64,000 nucleotides of DNA from the IMG/VR virus record IMGVR_UViG_3300046011_002684, positions 26,208-90,207 of that record. One strand, given 5' to 3'. Under the pieces are notes generated by a model. That model ran no database searches, was not told the origin of the DNA, and saw only the letters and a program-made list of their open reading frames with translations. Position numbers and translations under genes: made by a program. This DNA is from a virus. Below are positions 1 through 9,813 of this stretch, one piece after another; within the stretch, counting starts at the first letter, position 1; the number at the start of each line of letters is the position of its first letter.

Positions 1-637
1 CAAACATATCTATATCAGATTTATACCAGTCGGCTACTATTGCTATTGTGTTGTCGTCGTACAGATCTTTATACGATCCTTCGTTCATTCCTGTGATGTT
101 TCTTGCTTGTGGTGGTGTATCCAAATCAAAGTAATCGCAGATATCCTTATCAAAATTTTCAAATGATAGTATATCACATCTTAAATTTCCGTCTAGATCA
201 GTCACATGATCCACCGCGGGATACCAACCGCGAATGGCCCGGTGCCACATGTAATCTACATTCCCCCATTTATATCTCTCATCCAGGAAAGCCTCAAATG
301 AACTTACATCTGCATAAGTTGGCGGGGATTTATATTCTACTTCAATGATCTTCTTTGCAAAAAGATATCGAGAAACAACTCTATCCCATGGGTTTCTTAC
401 TACCGCGAACGATTTATATTTATTTGTAATGTCAGGATTTAAATCCCTCCACCTTGCATGCTCAAACCCATGATGATCGCCTAGAAATTCCATTTTCTTT
501 CTTACTGTATCAGAATACTCTTTCGATTTATGAATCTCTGGACCAGTTGGAATAATTAGATTCTGTAAGATTGGATTCAATCGGATCGTAGTTCCAGCAT
601 TCTTTGGAATGTGAATAAAGATTTTCTTATCAGACAT
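1..637 (-). CDS. Sulfotransferase family 2 protein (3' end runs off window; not in ORF track)
   Basis: Manual translation from ATG at 637: MSDKKIFIHIPKNAGTT (5'-PSB PAPS motif) ... FAVVRNPWDRVVSRY (3'-PB motif). Confidence 0.8.
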   Translation of the reverse strand, partial: MSDKKIFIHIPKNAGTTIRLNPILQNLIIPTGPEIHKSKEYSDTVRKKMEFLGDHHGFEHARWRDLNPDITNKYKSFAVVRNPWDRVVSRYLFAKKIIEVEYKSPPTYADVSSFEAFLDERYKWGNVDYMWHRAIRGWYPAVDHVTDLDGNLRCDILSFENFDKDICDYFDLDTPPQARNITGMNEGSYKDLYDDNTIAIVADWYKSDIDMF

Positions 638-1406
638 TCTTGATTAGTTCCTGAATATTCTCCCCACCCATAGGAAGTTTATCTTTTAAGAAGAAATGCA
701 CGAAGTGACATTCTTGAATTCTAGTGTTTGCGGTGTAAAGACCGTTCCACTTCCAATCCATATTCTTTATACTCATCTTCTCTTTCCGAATCCAATAGTT
801 TAACAGAGTCTGATCTGTAGACCATTTCCATGGACCAATACCATCAATGAAAGCTTTAAACTCAGGTCTTCTTAGGAACTGTAACGGAGTTTCACCTTTC
901 AGATATTTGTACACGGACTTATTCATTACAATAACTCCCATGTTCATAAACTCCCCGCCTTTGTCGTCCCATTTCCAATCGACGTCCCTGATAGAACCAT
1001 ATTGCATCTTAGAATAGTTAATGATCTTCTGAACATACTGATCCGAGAGTGGCATCTCTCTTTCTACCACAGCACCAAAATCATAATTCCCAGGTAGATC
1101 ATCAAATATATTAGCAGCATTATCACGAATATAAACATCCGCATCGATAATAGCCACTTGATCATAGCTTTTAAGATACGCAAACGCATTCTCCTTTTCA
1201 TAGATTGGCAGGAACCCACCATACTTTTCATAACTTTCTTTACTTCTATTCGTTAGAAAAATGTCTGGTTTTATCATAAGAATAGGTGTATCTTGGCGAA
1301 TATAATCAGCCCCGATAGTTTTCGCATACTGTTTAACACTAGCAGTACAAAGATCATATAACTTAGATCTTTTACCGGTATAAACTTGATATATTAATTT
1401 TTTCAA
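630..1406 (-). CDS. Glycosyltransferase, GT-A fold (GT8/GT34-like)
   Basis: IIDAD DxD motif, FMNMGVIV, TDQTLLN, WN and HFVHF motifs typical of GT8-like enzymes. Confidence 0.75.
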   Translation of the reverse strand: MKKLIYQVYTGKRSKLYDLCTASVKQYAKTIGADYIRQDTPILMIKPDIFLTNRSKESYEKYGGFLPIYEKENAFAYLKSYDQVAIIDADVYIRDNAANIFDDLPGNYDFGAVVEREMPLSDQYVQKIINYSKMQYGSIRDVDWKWDDKGGEFMNMGVIVMNKSVYKYLKGETPLQFLRRPEFKAFIDGIGPWKWSTDQTLLNYWIRKEKMSIKNMDWKWNGLYTANTRIQECHFVHFFLKDKLPMGGENIQELIKNV

Positions 1407-2020
1407 TTTCTTTCACCAATTCTTTCTTTATTGGTACCAACTTGGCTATGAATAAAATGTCTTGCAAAGATATTATTCTTAATCCAGTCTTTTTCCAATA
1501 CACCGTAAGGATACCAGGGTTCTTTCGAATGAATAAAACCGTCTACTGGAACAATTACCTCTTGTGTTAAAATATCATTTAACATACTATTTGCGCGTTC
1601 TGGTTTTATATAATATCCAACGGCGGCTAAAGAATGATTTCTTGTAGAGCACGCAAAACTAAAAAGAGGAAATTTAGTTATAGATTTAGATATCTTTTTA
1701 GTTAATATACAATCATGCTCTATAATAATACTTGGCTGACCACTTTCAATAATTCTTTTCCACGCCTCAGTATGGGAATACCAAATAGCCTTTTCAGTAG
1801 CATTCCAACGGCGTTTTCTTTTACTACTATAGATTCTATTCTCTGCAAAATTTAAATAATTAGATTCTGGTATGGTATCTGGTAATGTTGCTTCGTGGTG
1901 GATAAGATTACTATAACCTCTTTTTAAAAAAGACTCATCAGCAATTTTTCTATAAAATTGCGAAATTTCGTTGTTTGATATAGAAATAACATAGATGGGT
2001 ATATTCTTATCGATAGTCAT
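1403..2020 (-). CDS. Glycosyltransferase family 25-like protein
   Basis: IYVISI start, EKAIWYSHTEAW, IIIEHD, AVGYYI, PVD motifs. Confidence 0.7.
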   Translation of the reverse strand: MTIDKNIPIYVISISNNEISQFYRKIADESFLKRGYSNLIHHEATLPDTIPESNYLNFAENRIYSSKRKRRWNATEKAIWYSHTEAWKRIIESGQPSIIIEHDCILTKKISKSITKFPLFSFACSTRNHSLAAVGYYIKPERANSMLNDILTQEVIVPVDGFIHSKEPWYPYGVLEKDWIKNNIFARHFIHSQVGTNKERIGERN

Positions 2021-2966
2021 TTAAACTAAACTCCGTACCATGCATTTTATAATTCTCTCTACCGTGGTTAGAGTAAACTAGAACTTCGGGATCGTCAATT
2101 AAGAAATCGCATCCCTTACAGAAATCCGGATAGTCGCCAGTTTCATGTTGTCTACGAAGGGTATTGTAAGCTTCCCCATACCAGATTTCTTCCAGTCTCT
2201 GATCACTCATGTGACCTAGAACAGCTTCATCATCCCTACCCAATACTTGACAGCATGGGTGGACAGCTCCTCTGCTATCGCCGAGACCACCTGCGCGAAT
2301 AACAACATCAGGGCTAAAAGGACGACCACAAGTCTTAATGGCACCATCACGGCCATAGTCAGGCTTATAAACACCAGACCAATTATGCATCTTCCAAATC
2401 TCAGTTTTAACACCAGCTGAATTAACGATTTTAAGATACTCATCTCTTTCGTAATCGACTCGATTATTATCAAGAATGAGGTGATAGGTTGCAACAGTGC
2501 ACGACGAATTCGTTTTGGTAACATATTCTTGCATCTCATGTAGATTTTTTACAACAGGGTTAAAGAATGGGCTGTTCATCCATTCTCTATAGGTTTCTTC
2601 GTTATAACCAACAATGCTAAATCTGAAGAAGTCACAACCAGCGTCAACGACTTCTTTCATGAAGTCGCCTTTCATTCTCTGACCATTTGAGAACATAAAG
2701 GCCTTTGCACCATACTTCTTTACAATAGAAACGTATTCAGCAAGGTTGCGATTCAAAGTTACTTCACCAGAACCATCCAGATTTACCACACGTAATCCAG
2801 CCTCAGCACACTGGGCAACATAATCTTCGAATTCATCAAGTGGCATTTTCTTCAGCCAGTTTTTTCCACGAGCGCCGTGCGTACCATCTGGAAAAGTTTG
2901 TGGACACATTTTGCATGTGTAATTGCATCCACCATTAATCTCAATAACCGCTCTATCAATCTTCAC
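2007..2966 (-). CDS. Radical SAM protein with SPASM/twitch domain
   Basis: CNYTCKMC (CxxxCxxC); C-terminal CGRPF...HPCC...CKGC auxiliary cluster cysteines. Confidence 0.9.
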   Translation of the reverse strand: MKIDRAVIEINGGCNYTCKMCPQTFPDGTHGARGKNWLKKMPLDEFEDYVAQCAEAGLRVVNLDGSGEVTLNRNLAEYVSIVKKYGAKAFMFSNGQRMKGDFMKEVVDAGCDFFRFSIVGYNEETYREWMNSPFFNPVVKNLHEMQEYVTKTNSSCTVATYHLILDNNRVDYERDEYLKIVNSAGVKTEIWKMHNWSGVYKPDYGRDGAIKTCGRPFSPDVVIRAGGLGDSRGAVHPCCQVLGRDDEAVLGHMSDQRLEEIWYGEAYNTLRRQHETGDYPDFCKGCDFLIDDPEVLVYSNHGRENYKMHGTEFSLNDYR

Positions 2967-3820
2967 TTATGAATTCCTCTTAATCTTTTCTTCTGTAGAT
3001 TAGCAAACTCTGTAGCTCTTTCAATTCTTCTTTCAAAGTTATGGAAATAATTTAGGGAGTGTGTATCTGCTTTTCTTACTTTATATATTAAGGCGTCTGG
3101 GGTATGATAATTGGTAATTAAGTCCTTAGTAAGAACTATAGTAGGCTTACCCATATTCTTAGCAACATAGTGCCACATCCCTTCATAACATAGACAAGCT
3201 TCGGCAGTTCTGATATGATAAAACACTTCTGAGATAGGCGTTCTATAATCTATTTCTGTTACACTATAACCTTGCATCTCTATAATATCAATTACTTTAT
3301 TCCATTGATTACGATCAAAGGGTCTTTTAAATGGTCTCGGTTCTTGAGCGTTATTTACTTGTGTCCAGATTACTACTTTTTTCTTTATAGGATTGGCATC
3401 CATCTTTCGAAAATACCAATCATTATATCTCATCCTAGATCTTTTCTGGATATCGCCGTCTAGTTTAAGCATCCTACTATATCCAAAAAATCGATTATGA
3501 TGGAGAGCAAGATTATCTGAATTAAAAACGTGTTGTATATTAACGTCTGTATCTTTCTTAGCATAAAAGTTGTTTATATAATGGAATCGTTCTAAAATAG
3601 TTTCCGGATCCTCAAAATGATATAAGAAATCTTCATCATGGTACCAATGTAAAACTAGATTTATTTTTTTCTGCGCATAAAAAGATCTATAATAAGCTAC
3701 ATTTAAAATGCACATTAGATCACCGATTCCCGGCGTCATTTTAGCTTCTATTACAGAAGAAAAATTTATACGAGGAACAAATGGAAGATACTTTTTAAAA
3801 TATTCTTCATTAATAGGCAT
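2963..3820 (-). CDS. Putative GT-B fold glycosyltransferase (GT9-like)
   Basis: GIGD N-terminal motif; C-terminal YEGMWHYVA..GKPTIVL resembles the GT9 DSG.MH.A..GKP motif. Confidence 0.5.
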   Translation of the reverse strand: MPINEEYFKKYLPFVPRINFSSVIEAKMTPGIGDLMCILNVAYYRSFYAQKKINLVLHWYHDEDFLYHFEDPETILERFHYINNFYAKKDTDVNIQHVFNSDNLALHHNRFFGYSRMLKLDGDIQKRSRMRYNDWYFRKMDANPIKKKVVIWTQVNNAQEPRPFKRPFDRNQWNKVIDIIEMQGYSVTEIDYRTPISEVFYHIRTAEACLCYEGMWHYVAKNMGKPTIVLTKDLITNYHTPDALIYKVRKADTHSLNYFHNFERRIERATEFANLQKKRLRGIHK

Positions 3821-4415
3821 ACGTTTCCATATCTAAAAACATTATAATACCAGGTGTGGTATTTTCTTTATGGGTAATCACATAAAACCAATACTTAGGA
3901 AAGAGAGATTTATTAAACAAACCATATTCTTTTATAGCTTGCCTTACCCCTGGTAGTTCTACATTATCAAATAATATGTATCTTGGTTTTATTTCGAAAG
4001 TTTTTTTAATATCTTTTACTACAGATTCATAGGAATGGTTACCATCAATAAAGACCAGATCGGGGGTTTCTACTTCGGTTTTAGGTAAAGTACTAGGAAT
4101 AAAAGTAAATCTATCTCCATATCTTTCTTTAATGGGGATATGGGAAATCTCTGAGAATTTTCCTGGGTCTAGACTAGTAACCTTAGCTTCTGGGAAATGC
4201 TCAAGTAAACAGACTGTAGAGTGTCCAGCGAACATTCCCACCTCTATAATATTCGTAACATTCTTTGTAAGAGAGCTTACTTCTTCCCACATGGTTCGAA
4301 CATCTAAAAGGCTAGGATCTAGATATCCCCACCCTTGCCCGTTAAATTTTTCACCTTTCTTTTCTGGTTCTGGTCTTACAAGGAAAGATGTATCAATTTG
4401 TTTTAGCATTTTCAC
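3810..4415 (-). CDS. Class I SAM methyltransferase (Methyltransf_24-like)
   Basis: IIEVGMFAGHS motif I; DLVFIDGNHSYESV..D. Confidence 0.8.
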   Translation of the reverse strand: MKMLKQIDTSFLVRPEPEKKGEKFNGQGWGYLDPSLLDVRTMWEEVSSLTKNVTNIIEVGMFAGHSTVCLLEHFPEAKVTSLDPGKFSEISHIPIKERYGDRFTFIPSTLPKTEVETPDLVFIDGNHSYESVVKDIKKTFEIKPRYILFDNVELPGVRQAIKEYGLFNKSLFPKYWFYVITHKENTTPGIIMFLDMETYAY

Positions 4416-5067
4416 CCCAATAATTTTTAGTAGCTGATGTATCGAAAGAAAAACCCCAGCGGTCTATGTCTTTCTGAAACCACTTTTCTACTCTGTCTCT
4501 TTGTTCATTCGTATAGTAAGATTTATAATCTACTTTTTTGGTGGTATTGACCATCTCCAATCGGATACTCTTACCCAGATATCTATTTAAATCATAATTA
4601 AGATATTCGTACCTTAAAACATCAACTTTTAATCCTAGCCACTTTTCCTGACACGCCCATTGGTCATATGGATGATTACAGAAGAAATTTAAATCCTCTA
4701 TATAACTATCCATACGATCTAGGAATTCATCCCAGAATAGAAAGTCTTGGAAATAGCTTGTTCCTATAGAAGACTTCATCCTTTCAGAGAAAGTGTAATT
4801 ATATAATGAAACCAATCTTGACCAAGGATTTCTTACTACAGAGAAAATCTTATCATAAGACTGTATTATATTACTATCCATATAACTATATGGTATGTGC
4901 TTAGCGAAGCTATTATACCAAGGGAATTTAACATATTGGGATTTGTTAAATTCCTTTAGAATGCTTTTATCCATATGATCCCAAGTTGCTTTCGCCATAG
5001 GTAAAGACCGGAGGATGCTAGTTCCTCCGGTCTTAGGTATATGAATAAACAATATATTGTTAGACAT
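4393..5067 (-). CDS. Sulfotransferase family 2 protein
   Basis: FIHIPKTGGTS and FSVVRNPWSRLVS motifs. Confidence 0.85.
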   Translation of the reverse strand: MSNNILFIHIPKTGGTSILRSLPMAKATWDHMDKSILKEFNKSQYVKFPWYNSFAKHIPYSYMDSNIIQSYDKIFSVVRNPWSRLVSLYNYTFSERMKSSIGTSYFQDFLFWDEFLDRMDSYIEDLNFFCNHPYDQWACQEKWLGLKVDVLRYEYLNYDLNRYLGKSIRLEMVNTTKKVDYKSYYTNEQRDRVEKWFQKDIDRWGFSFDTSATKNYWGENAKTN

Positions 5068-5278
5068 TCGCTAGGATGGATCTCGCAAGATCCTGTGACT
5101 CTTCATAGCCCGAGCGAAAACGATTACCAGTAGCACCATTGTCGATATACCACTGAAGGTTATCTACAACTCCGGCCTTACGCTTATCATCCATTTTATA
5201 GTCTCGAACAATCTCTTCCCACTGAAAGCGAAGGTCAAGAAGTTCAAAGACGTTTACTTTAGCCTGTGACATATTCAT
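5060..5278 (-). CDS. Hypothetical protein
   Basis: Overlap-coupled to both neighbours. Confidence 0.6.
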   Translation of the reverse strand: MNMSQAKVNVFELLDLRFQWEEIVRDYKMDDKRKAGVVDNLQWYIDNGATGNRFRSGYEESQDLARSILANV

Positions 5279-5831
5279 AAACGTCCTTCCAGTTTCTCAT
5301 CATAGGAAAAGTATTAGGGGTATTCATATTGAAGCCGTGTTCAATTAGAATAGAATTCAATCCAAGATCACGACCAAGTACGGCATTCTCTACCTTATCT
5401 TCGATCCAGATATCACCAGAGTTCTCGTAAGGAAGCAATGCTTCATCCTTATCTGCACCAGTATCAAGGAAGACGAACTTCTCGAATACGGTAGAACCAA
5501 ACAGCTTATTCAGGTTCTGAATACGCAGTTGTTGAGCAGTAGGTTCGAGCGAGAGCGAAGTAATGACGTGGAACACTACGCCATGTTTGCGGTGGAGCTT
5601 ATCCACATAGTGCATAGCATCACGGAGGGGAGGAAGGAAACCAATCGCGGAGCTCTCGTTGAAGTGTTTCACGAGACGCTGTTTCTCTTCTTTGCTGATG
5701 CCATATCGATCACCTACATCGTAGTATTCCCACGAGTCTGGTTTTTCTACATACCCATGACGTTGCATCCAGACATTAAAGGCATATTCCCAGTTCAGTA
5801 GAACACCATCACAGTCAGTTAGAATTCTCAT
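5259..5831 (-). CDS. HAD-family 5'(3')-deoxyribonucleotidase-like protein (T4 gp30.2-like)
   Basis: ILTDCDGVL motif I, ITS motif II, WIED motif IV; directly downstream of an early promoter. Confidence 0.75.
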   Translation of the reverse strand: MRILTDCDGVLLNWEYAFNVWMQRHGYVEKPDSWEYYDVGDRYGISKEEKQRLVKHFNESSAIGFLPPLRDAMHYVDKLHRKHGVVFHVITSLSLEPTAQQLRIQNLNKLFGSTVFEKFVFLDTGADKDEALLPYENSGDIWIEDKVENAVLGRDLGLNSILIEHGFNMNTPNTFPMMRNWKDVYEYVTG

Positions 5832-5859
5832 AACGATTCCTTTCGTTGGTTACATTAGC

Positions 5860-5897
5860 ACTATAACCCATTCACTTTCAAATGTAAATCCCCTATT
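5860..5897 (-). promoter_or_regulatory. Early sigma70-like promoter
   Basis: Minus strand AATAGGGGA-TTTACA-N17-TATAGT. Confidence 0.75.
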
Positions 5898-6085
5898 TAA
5901 GAAACAGAGTTATCTTCCTCAACGTCATCTGGCAAAATCCAGTTGATCTTCGTCCCCTTGTAACGGTGTACATCCTTATGTTCTTCTGTCATTCGGATCT
6001 TCTTCTTGAAATCACTCCCGAGAGTCTTCGATTTGTTACGACCGTTCTTTTTGTTACGCGGGTCGAAGCGAGTATACTTAGCCAT
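5897..6085 (-). CDS. Small basic hypothetical protein
   Basis: MAKYTRFDPRNKK; AAGG SD upstream; fits operon. Confidence 0.6.
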   Translation of the reverse strand: MAKYTRFDPRNKKNGRNKSKTLGSDFKKKIRMTEEHKDVHRYKGTKINWILPDDVEEDNSVS

Positions 6086-6086
6086 T

Positions 6087-6668
6087 TTACCTTTCCATTT
6101 TTGTTTTAGTGCAAACGAAGACCAGTCTATGGCCTTTTTCTATTTTCGAAACCCCGTGAACTGTTTTTTCATTCCAGACAATAGAGTCCCCAGGATTTTT
6201 TAGAAATTTAGTAATTAATCGTTCCCGAATATTTTCTTTCTTATTGGGATTTTTGTAATCAGGTTCTATAGAATCCCCAGCAATTACAATAATACCCCCA
6301 ATTATATCCTCAGATTGATCAATCAATATAACATTAGTATATTGATTTTTCCCTACACTAATATCGACATTTTCAGTATGTAATCCCGAAAATGATCCGA
6401 GAGGATAATATTTCATCCAAGATTTATCTAGGATATATTCCGGATCTTGGGGGTAAGTTTTTTCATTTAGATAATGAAAAAGTTCTTTATGATTCTCCCA
6501 AAAAGATCCTTTTTTTATCGTTCCAAGATATTTTTCGTAATTCTGTTTACCTCTATTAGGATGAAAATCTTTTTTATGATCATAGAATTCTTTTCTCAAG
6601 ATTTCTATTAATCTGTTATCCTCGATCTTATATGTAAATCCTGGTTCCATATTAGCCTTTAATACCAA
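6087..6668 (-). CDS. 2OG-Fe(II) oxygenase-like protein
   Basis: HTE (HxD/E), later HGV and R.V strand; AT-rich insert. Confidence 0.65.
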   Translation of the reverse strand: MVLKANMEPGFTYKIEDNRLIEILRKEFYDHKKDFHPNRGKQNYEKYLGTIKKGSFWENHKELFHYLNEKTYPQDPEYILDKSWMKYYPLGSFSGLHTENVDISVGKNQYTNVILIDQSEDIIGGIIVIAGDSIEPDYKNPNKKENIRERLITKFLKNPGDSIVWNEKTVHGVSKIEKGHRLVFVCTKTKMER

Positions 6669-7344
6669 GCATCTCTTTCGTCATAATATAATCCCGAACA
6701 AAGTCAGATCTTACGATATCTTTCCAAGTGAACTCAATAGTCTCGAATTGGTTCAATTGTGTCACAATGTTCATGAATTGTAAAATCCCTTTTTTATCAT
6801 TCTCTTTTGTAAAGTCAGACTGATAATAATCACCACACATAATGAACTTACATTGGTGACCAACACGGGTAATGACAGAATCAAGTTCGTGGAAACTTAG
6901 GTTCTGCATTTCATCTACAACGATGATGGCATTGTTCCATGTATTACCCCGGATGAATGAGGTAGACTCGAACCGAGCTTTATTCTGATTCTTTAATTTA
7001 GACCAGGCTTCGCCATCACCAAAGATTTCAGTGCAGAGACCGACGTATGGAGATTCATAGGCAAGTTTCTTTTCTGCTTCATCTCCAGGAAGAAATCCAA
7101 TGTCGCGCGTGGGCACGATCGAGCGAATGACAATGAGTTCGTCAAACTCTGTTTCTTTATCCAGTACTTTTTCAAGAGCAAGACGTAATCCAAGGTAAGT
7201 CTTACCAGTACCAGCAGAACCATTCAATACAAGATTGTAGCCATCTTTCCAGGCTTCTCTTGCGTTCATTTGGTTCTGGGTTTTAGGTTCGAAAGAGCGG
7301 AGATTTTCTAGTTTAATAGTATTAGAGGTATAAGACCTAGACAT
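6652..7344 (-). CDS. phoH: PhoH family ATPase
   Basis: GSAGTGKT Walker A, IGFLPG, FIRG, VVDEMQN, GD..QSD, DIVRS. Confidence 0.95.
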   Translation of the reverse strand: MSRSYTSNTIKLENLRSFEPKTQNQMNAREAWKDGYNLVLNGSAGTGKTYLGLRLALEKVLDKETEFDELIVIRSIVPTRDIGFLPGDEAEKKLAYESPYVGLCTEIFGDGEAWSKLKNQNKARFESTSFIRGNTWNNAIIVVDEMQNLSFHELDSVITRVGHQCKFIMCGDYYQSDFTKENDKKGILQFMNIVTQLNQFETIEFTWKDIVRSDFVRDYIMTKEMLGIKG

Positions 7345-7576
7345 TAATGGTATTGCCCTTTCCTGAGCCTTTTTTAATTTTATTTTTTAGAAGATCTTTA
7401 AATCCATCGGGAACTTTCATATCAGAATTTCCCATTCGACCGCTGATGATCTTAAGTGGCTTAAGCACTTGTTGGAGATTTGAATCCTCTTCTAGTGTGG
7501 ACTTCAATTCATCCCAACTGCAAACTACATCCCATTCCTCTTCGGTCTGTAGATTTTTCAAAGTGTATACTGGCAT
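7337..7576 (-). CDS. Conserved T4-like small protein (MPVYT-type)
   Basis: MPVYTLKN...VPDGFKDLL..IKK; AGGA SD before ATG 7576; upstream of phoH. Confidence 0.65.
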   Translation of the reverse strand: MPVYTLKNLQTEEEWDVVCSWDELKSTLEEDSNLQQVLKPLKIISGRMGNSDMKVPDGFKDLLKNKIKKGSGKGNTINV

Positions 7577-7590
7577 GTATTTCCTACGTG

Positions 7591-8187
7591 TTATTTTACC
7601 CAAGCACCAATCCGGCCGTGTATCTCCGGATCATGAATATATCTATATCCATCTTTCGAAAGGTCTGGACTGTTTAAACTAAACACTGGGATGTATTCTT
7701 TTATATCCGCTTGGAAATCTGGATTCCATCTCAGATGAACTTCGATTAACTTGTCACCAATATATTCACAGTTAATTTCTTTGTAGTTAACTGCAATGCC
7801 AGAGAGTCTATATGGTAGTGGAATCTTATCGTCCACCTTCACCCACTTATCCCAGCGAGTGAAGGTGTCGTTACTTTTAAACCCTTCAACAGCTAATACC
7901 TGACTTCCACAATAGTAGTCTACAGAGAGATGACGTCCTTCGAAGAACTCGCACCAGAAATAGCCATGAGGAAGATGATCTGTGCTACCATCTAACCATT
8001 TCTTTTCTGCTCCGAGACCAAGACCTTTCATATTGACACAAGGCCGGACAATATACCAACCGGGCTTAGGAACATCTATTCCTACTGGTCCACATACGTA
8101 TCCTCTCATCTTTGATAGAATAAGTTTATCTAAAACCCACATATCATAAGGTGATACGATGTTCCATGCGTCTTCTTCTGTTCTCAT
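7591..8187 (-). CDS. Putative ATP-grasp fold protein
   Basis: YIVRP...GLGA, CEFFEG.HLSVD, NCEY..DKLIEVHLR resemble ATP-grasp motifs; start chosen at MRTEED. Confidence 0.45.
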   Translation of the reverse strand: MRTEEDAWNIVSPYDMWVLDKLILSKMRGYVCGPVGIDVPKPGWYIVRPCVNMKGLGLGAEKKWLDGSTDHLPHGYFWCEFFEGRHLSVDYYCGSQVLAVEGFKSNDTFTRWDKWVKVDDKIPLPYRLSGIAVNYKEINCEYIGDKLIEVHLRWNPDFQADIKEYIPVFSLNSPDLSKDGYRYIHDPEIHGRIGAWVK

Positions 8188-8741
8188 GCTACCTTTTGAA
8201 ACCATTCTGGAATATCTCTCTTCGTCCAATCCATGGAGAAGCGATCTTGTTTTGTTTGATAGAATGCACGATACGAACCAACCGGATCGTGCGGATTAAT
8301 ACACTCTGGTGCTGCACCCATAGCAAGCTTGAACGGAGTAAGATAATGCACAGGAATATTACGCGGAGGCGTACGAAGTGCATCCTTAAGATCTACCCAA
8401 GACTTATGCTGTTTGCCATAACGATATTCAAACTCCTCAGCAAGTGCTTGGAAGTGCACATAATGCCAAGTATAATTATTATTAGATTCCATAGTCCACA
8501 CAGTACAAGGATGACCGACATGAACTGCATTATATAGTACTGCATCACGTTCGTCCGGTAGTACCCACCCTTTAACCATAGTCTTACCAGACTTAGATGG
8601 AATCTTCGTAAGCTTACCATCTAGTACACGGTGTGCAGTAGATAGCATCTGTGCTGACTCTAGAACCATTTTTACTACATGTTTGTCGCACTGGAGTTGT
8701 GCTGCTTTTACAGGGTCTTTATCGAGAATAAAGATATTCAT
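8184..8741 (-). CDS. Pyrimidine-dimer DNA glycosylase family protein
   Basis: MNIFILD.DP..AA...CDKHVVKM.LE.AQML.T, HPCTVW, YRYGK.H family signature. Confidence 0.75.
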   Translation of the reverse strand: MNIFILDKDPVKAAQLQCDKHVVKMVLESAQMLSTAHRVLDGKLTKIPSKSGKTMVKGWVLPDERDAVLYNAVHVGHPCTVWTMESNNNYTWHYVHFQALAEEFEYRYGKQHKSWVDLKDALRTPPRNIPVHYLTPFKLAMGAAPECINPHDPVGSYRAFYQTKQDRFSMDWTKRDIPEWFQKVA

Positions 8742-8778
8742 GGTGTGTATTCTATCCCGTCCTATTAATCACTTTAAT

Positions 8779-8812
8779 ATTATATCAGCGGACTATGGAT
8801 CTGTAAACCCCT
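8779..8812 (-). promoter_or_regulatory. Early sigma70-like promoter
   Basis: AGGGG-TTTACA-N17-TATAAT. Confidence 0.8.
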
Positions 8813-9137
8813 AAAATTGCAAACCAACAACAACCCCGTATCTTTTTTCATTATTATCCGTTTCTTGAACCGGAGCTATGAAGAAGTAGTTTTTCCTCAG
8901 TCTTACCATAGGTAACACCTCTGCATCCGAATATCCTGTTACTGCACCCATTTCTAGCTCATATCCATTACCCAATCCAAATGTCTTGGAAAGATAACCT
9001 GATACTTTTGTTTCACTATTTATGTAAGCTCCAATTGCCCATTTGCTTTCTTCTAGCTCGACGTATGGATGTATCGCGTTATAATCACCTTCTAGAAACA
9101 GGTGCAGGGTCAATGCTAACCCTGCACCTAAATCCAT
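8811..9137 (-). CDS. Small beta-strand-rich protein, possible outer-membrane barrel
   Basis: Alternating hydrophobic strands, GAY.NS and GAVTGY motifs, C-terminal Phe (VVGLQF). Confidence 0.5.
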   Translation of the reverse strand: MDLGAGLALTLHLFLEGDYNAIHPYVELEESKWAIGAYINSETKVSGYLSKTFGLGNGYELEMGAVTGYSDAEVLPMVRLRKNYFFIAPVQETDNNEKRYGVVVGLQF

Positions 9138-9138
9138 A

Positions 9139-9348
9139 TTACCCTGCCTTTACTATTGATTCTTCGATTTCAGCTATGTGGTCGTCTAGATATGCTTTTT
9201 TAGTTAATACTTTGTGCATTCGATCCGTTCTCCCTTGTTTTAAGTATCTATCTGCATACCAGCCCAATTGTCTTGAATCTTTTTTTAAACGCTCGATAGT
9301 TGCTGAAACCATGTGTAGTTCTCCTAAAGAAAAAGGTGCATCGTCCAA
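9139..9348 (-). CDS. Hypothetical protein
   Basis: TTG start with AGGTG SD; fills the gap between genes. Confidence 0.55.
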   Translation of the reverse strand: MDDAPFSLGELHMVSATIERLKKDSRQLGWYADRYLKQGRTDRMHKVLTKKAYLDDHIAEIEESIVKAG

Positions 9349-9392
9349 AGACGTGCACCTTTTTGATTACTGTTATGTTTTTCTATCTAACT

Positions 9393-9812
9393 TCATAATA
9401 GACCTGGAAATGCTTCCCTCACTATTTCTGGTGTTAGGTCTTTTACTGGTAGGTGCTTGTTAATCATTGCACATACCAATTCCGCATCCTTTGGATGAAT
9501 CGATTCAACAATTCCAAGGAATACCTTTTCGCGTTTAAAGCCCTGCATCTGACTGCCAGGTCCACCTTTTACGCAATATTTGAAATCTACATTCTTTCTA
9601 AGAAGAGTCGATGGAGCACTATGTGCTTCGCATGCAGTATATGGAACTTCACCTTTTGGAAGTAGCCATTCAATCCTAGGATCAAGTGCACCTTTTAGTA
9701 GATCCTTTAATGCCCATGACTCATTTTGTTTTAGTACTTTAATTTTTTCTTCGTGGGTACTTGCTTTTTCAAATTTATCAAATACTTCATGAATGTCTAA
9801 TTGTCTTACCAT
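9393..9812 (-). CDS. Conserved T4-like hypothetical protein (rnh-adjacent)
   Basis: WLLP.GEVPY, KRE.VF...ES.HP.DAE, EAFPGLL pattern familiar from T4-like phages. Confidence 0.7.
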   Translation of the reverse strand: MVRQLDIHEVFDKFEKASTHEEKIKVLKQNESWALKDLLKGALDPRIEWLLPKGEVPYTACEAHSAPSTLLRKNVDFKYCVKGGPGSQMQGFKREKVFLGIVESIHPKDAELVCAMINKHLPVKDLTPEIVREAFPGLL

Positions 9813-9813
9813 A

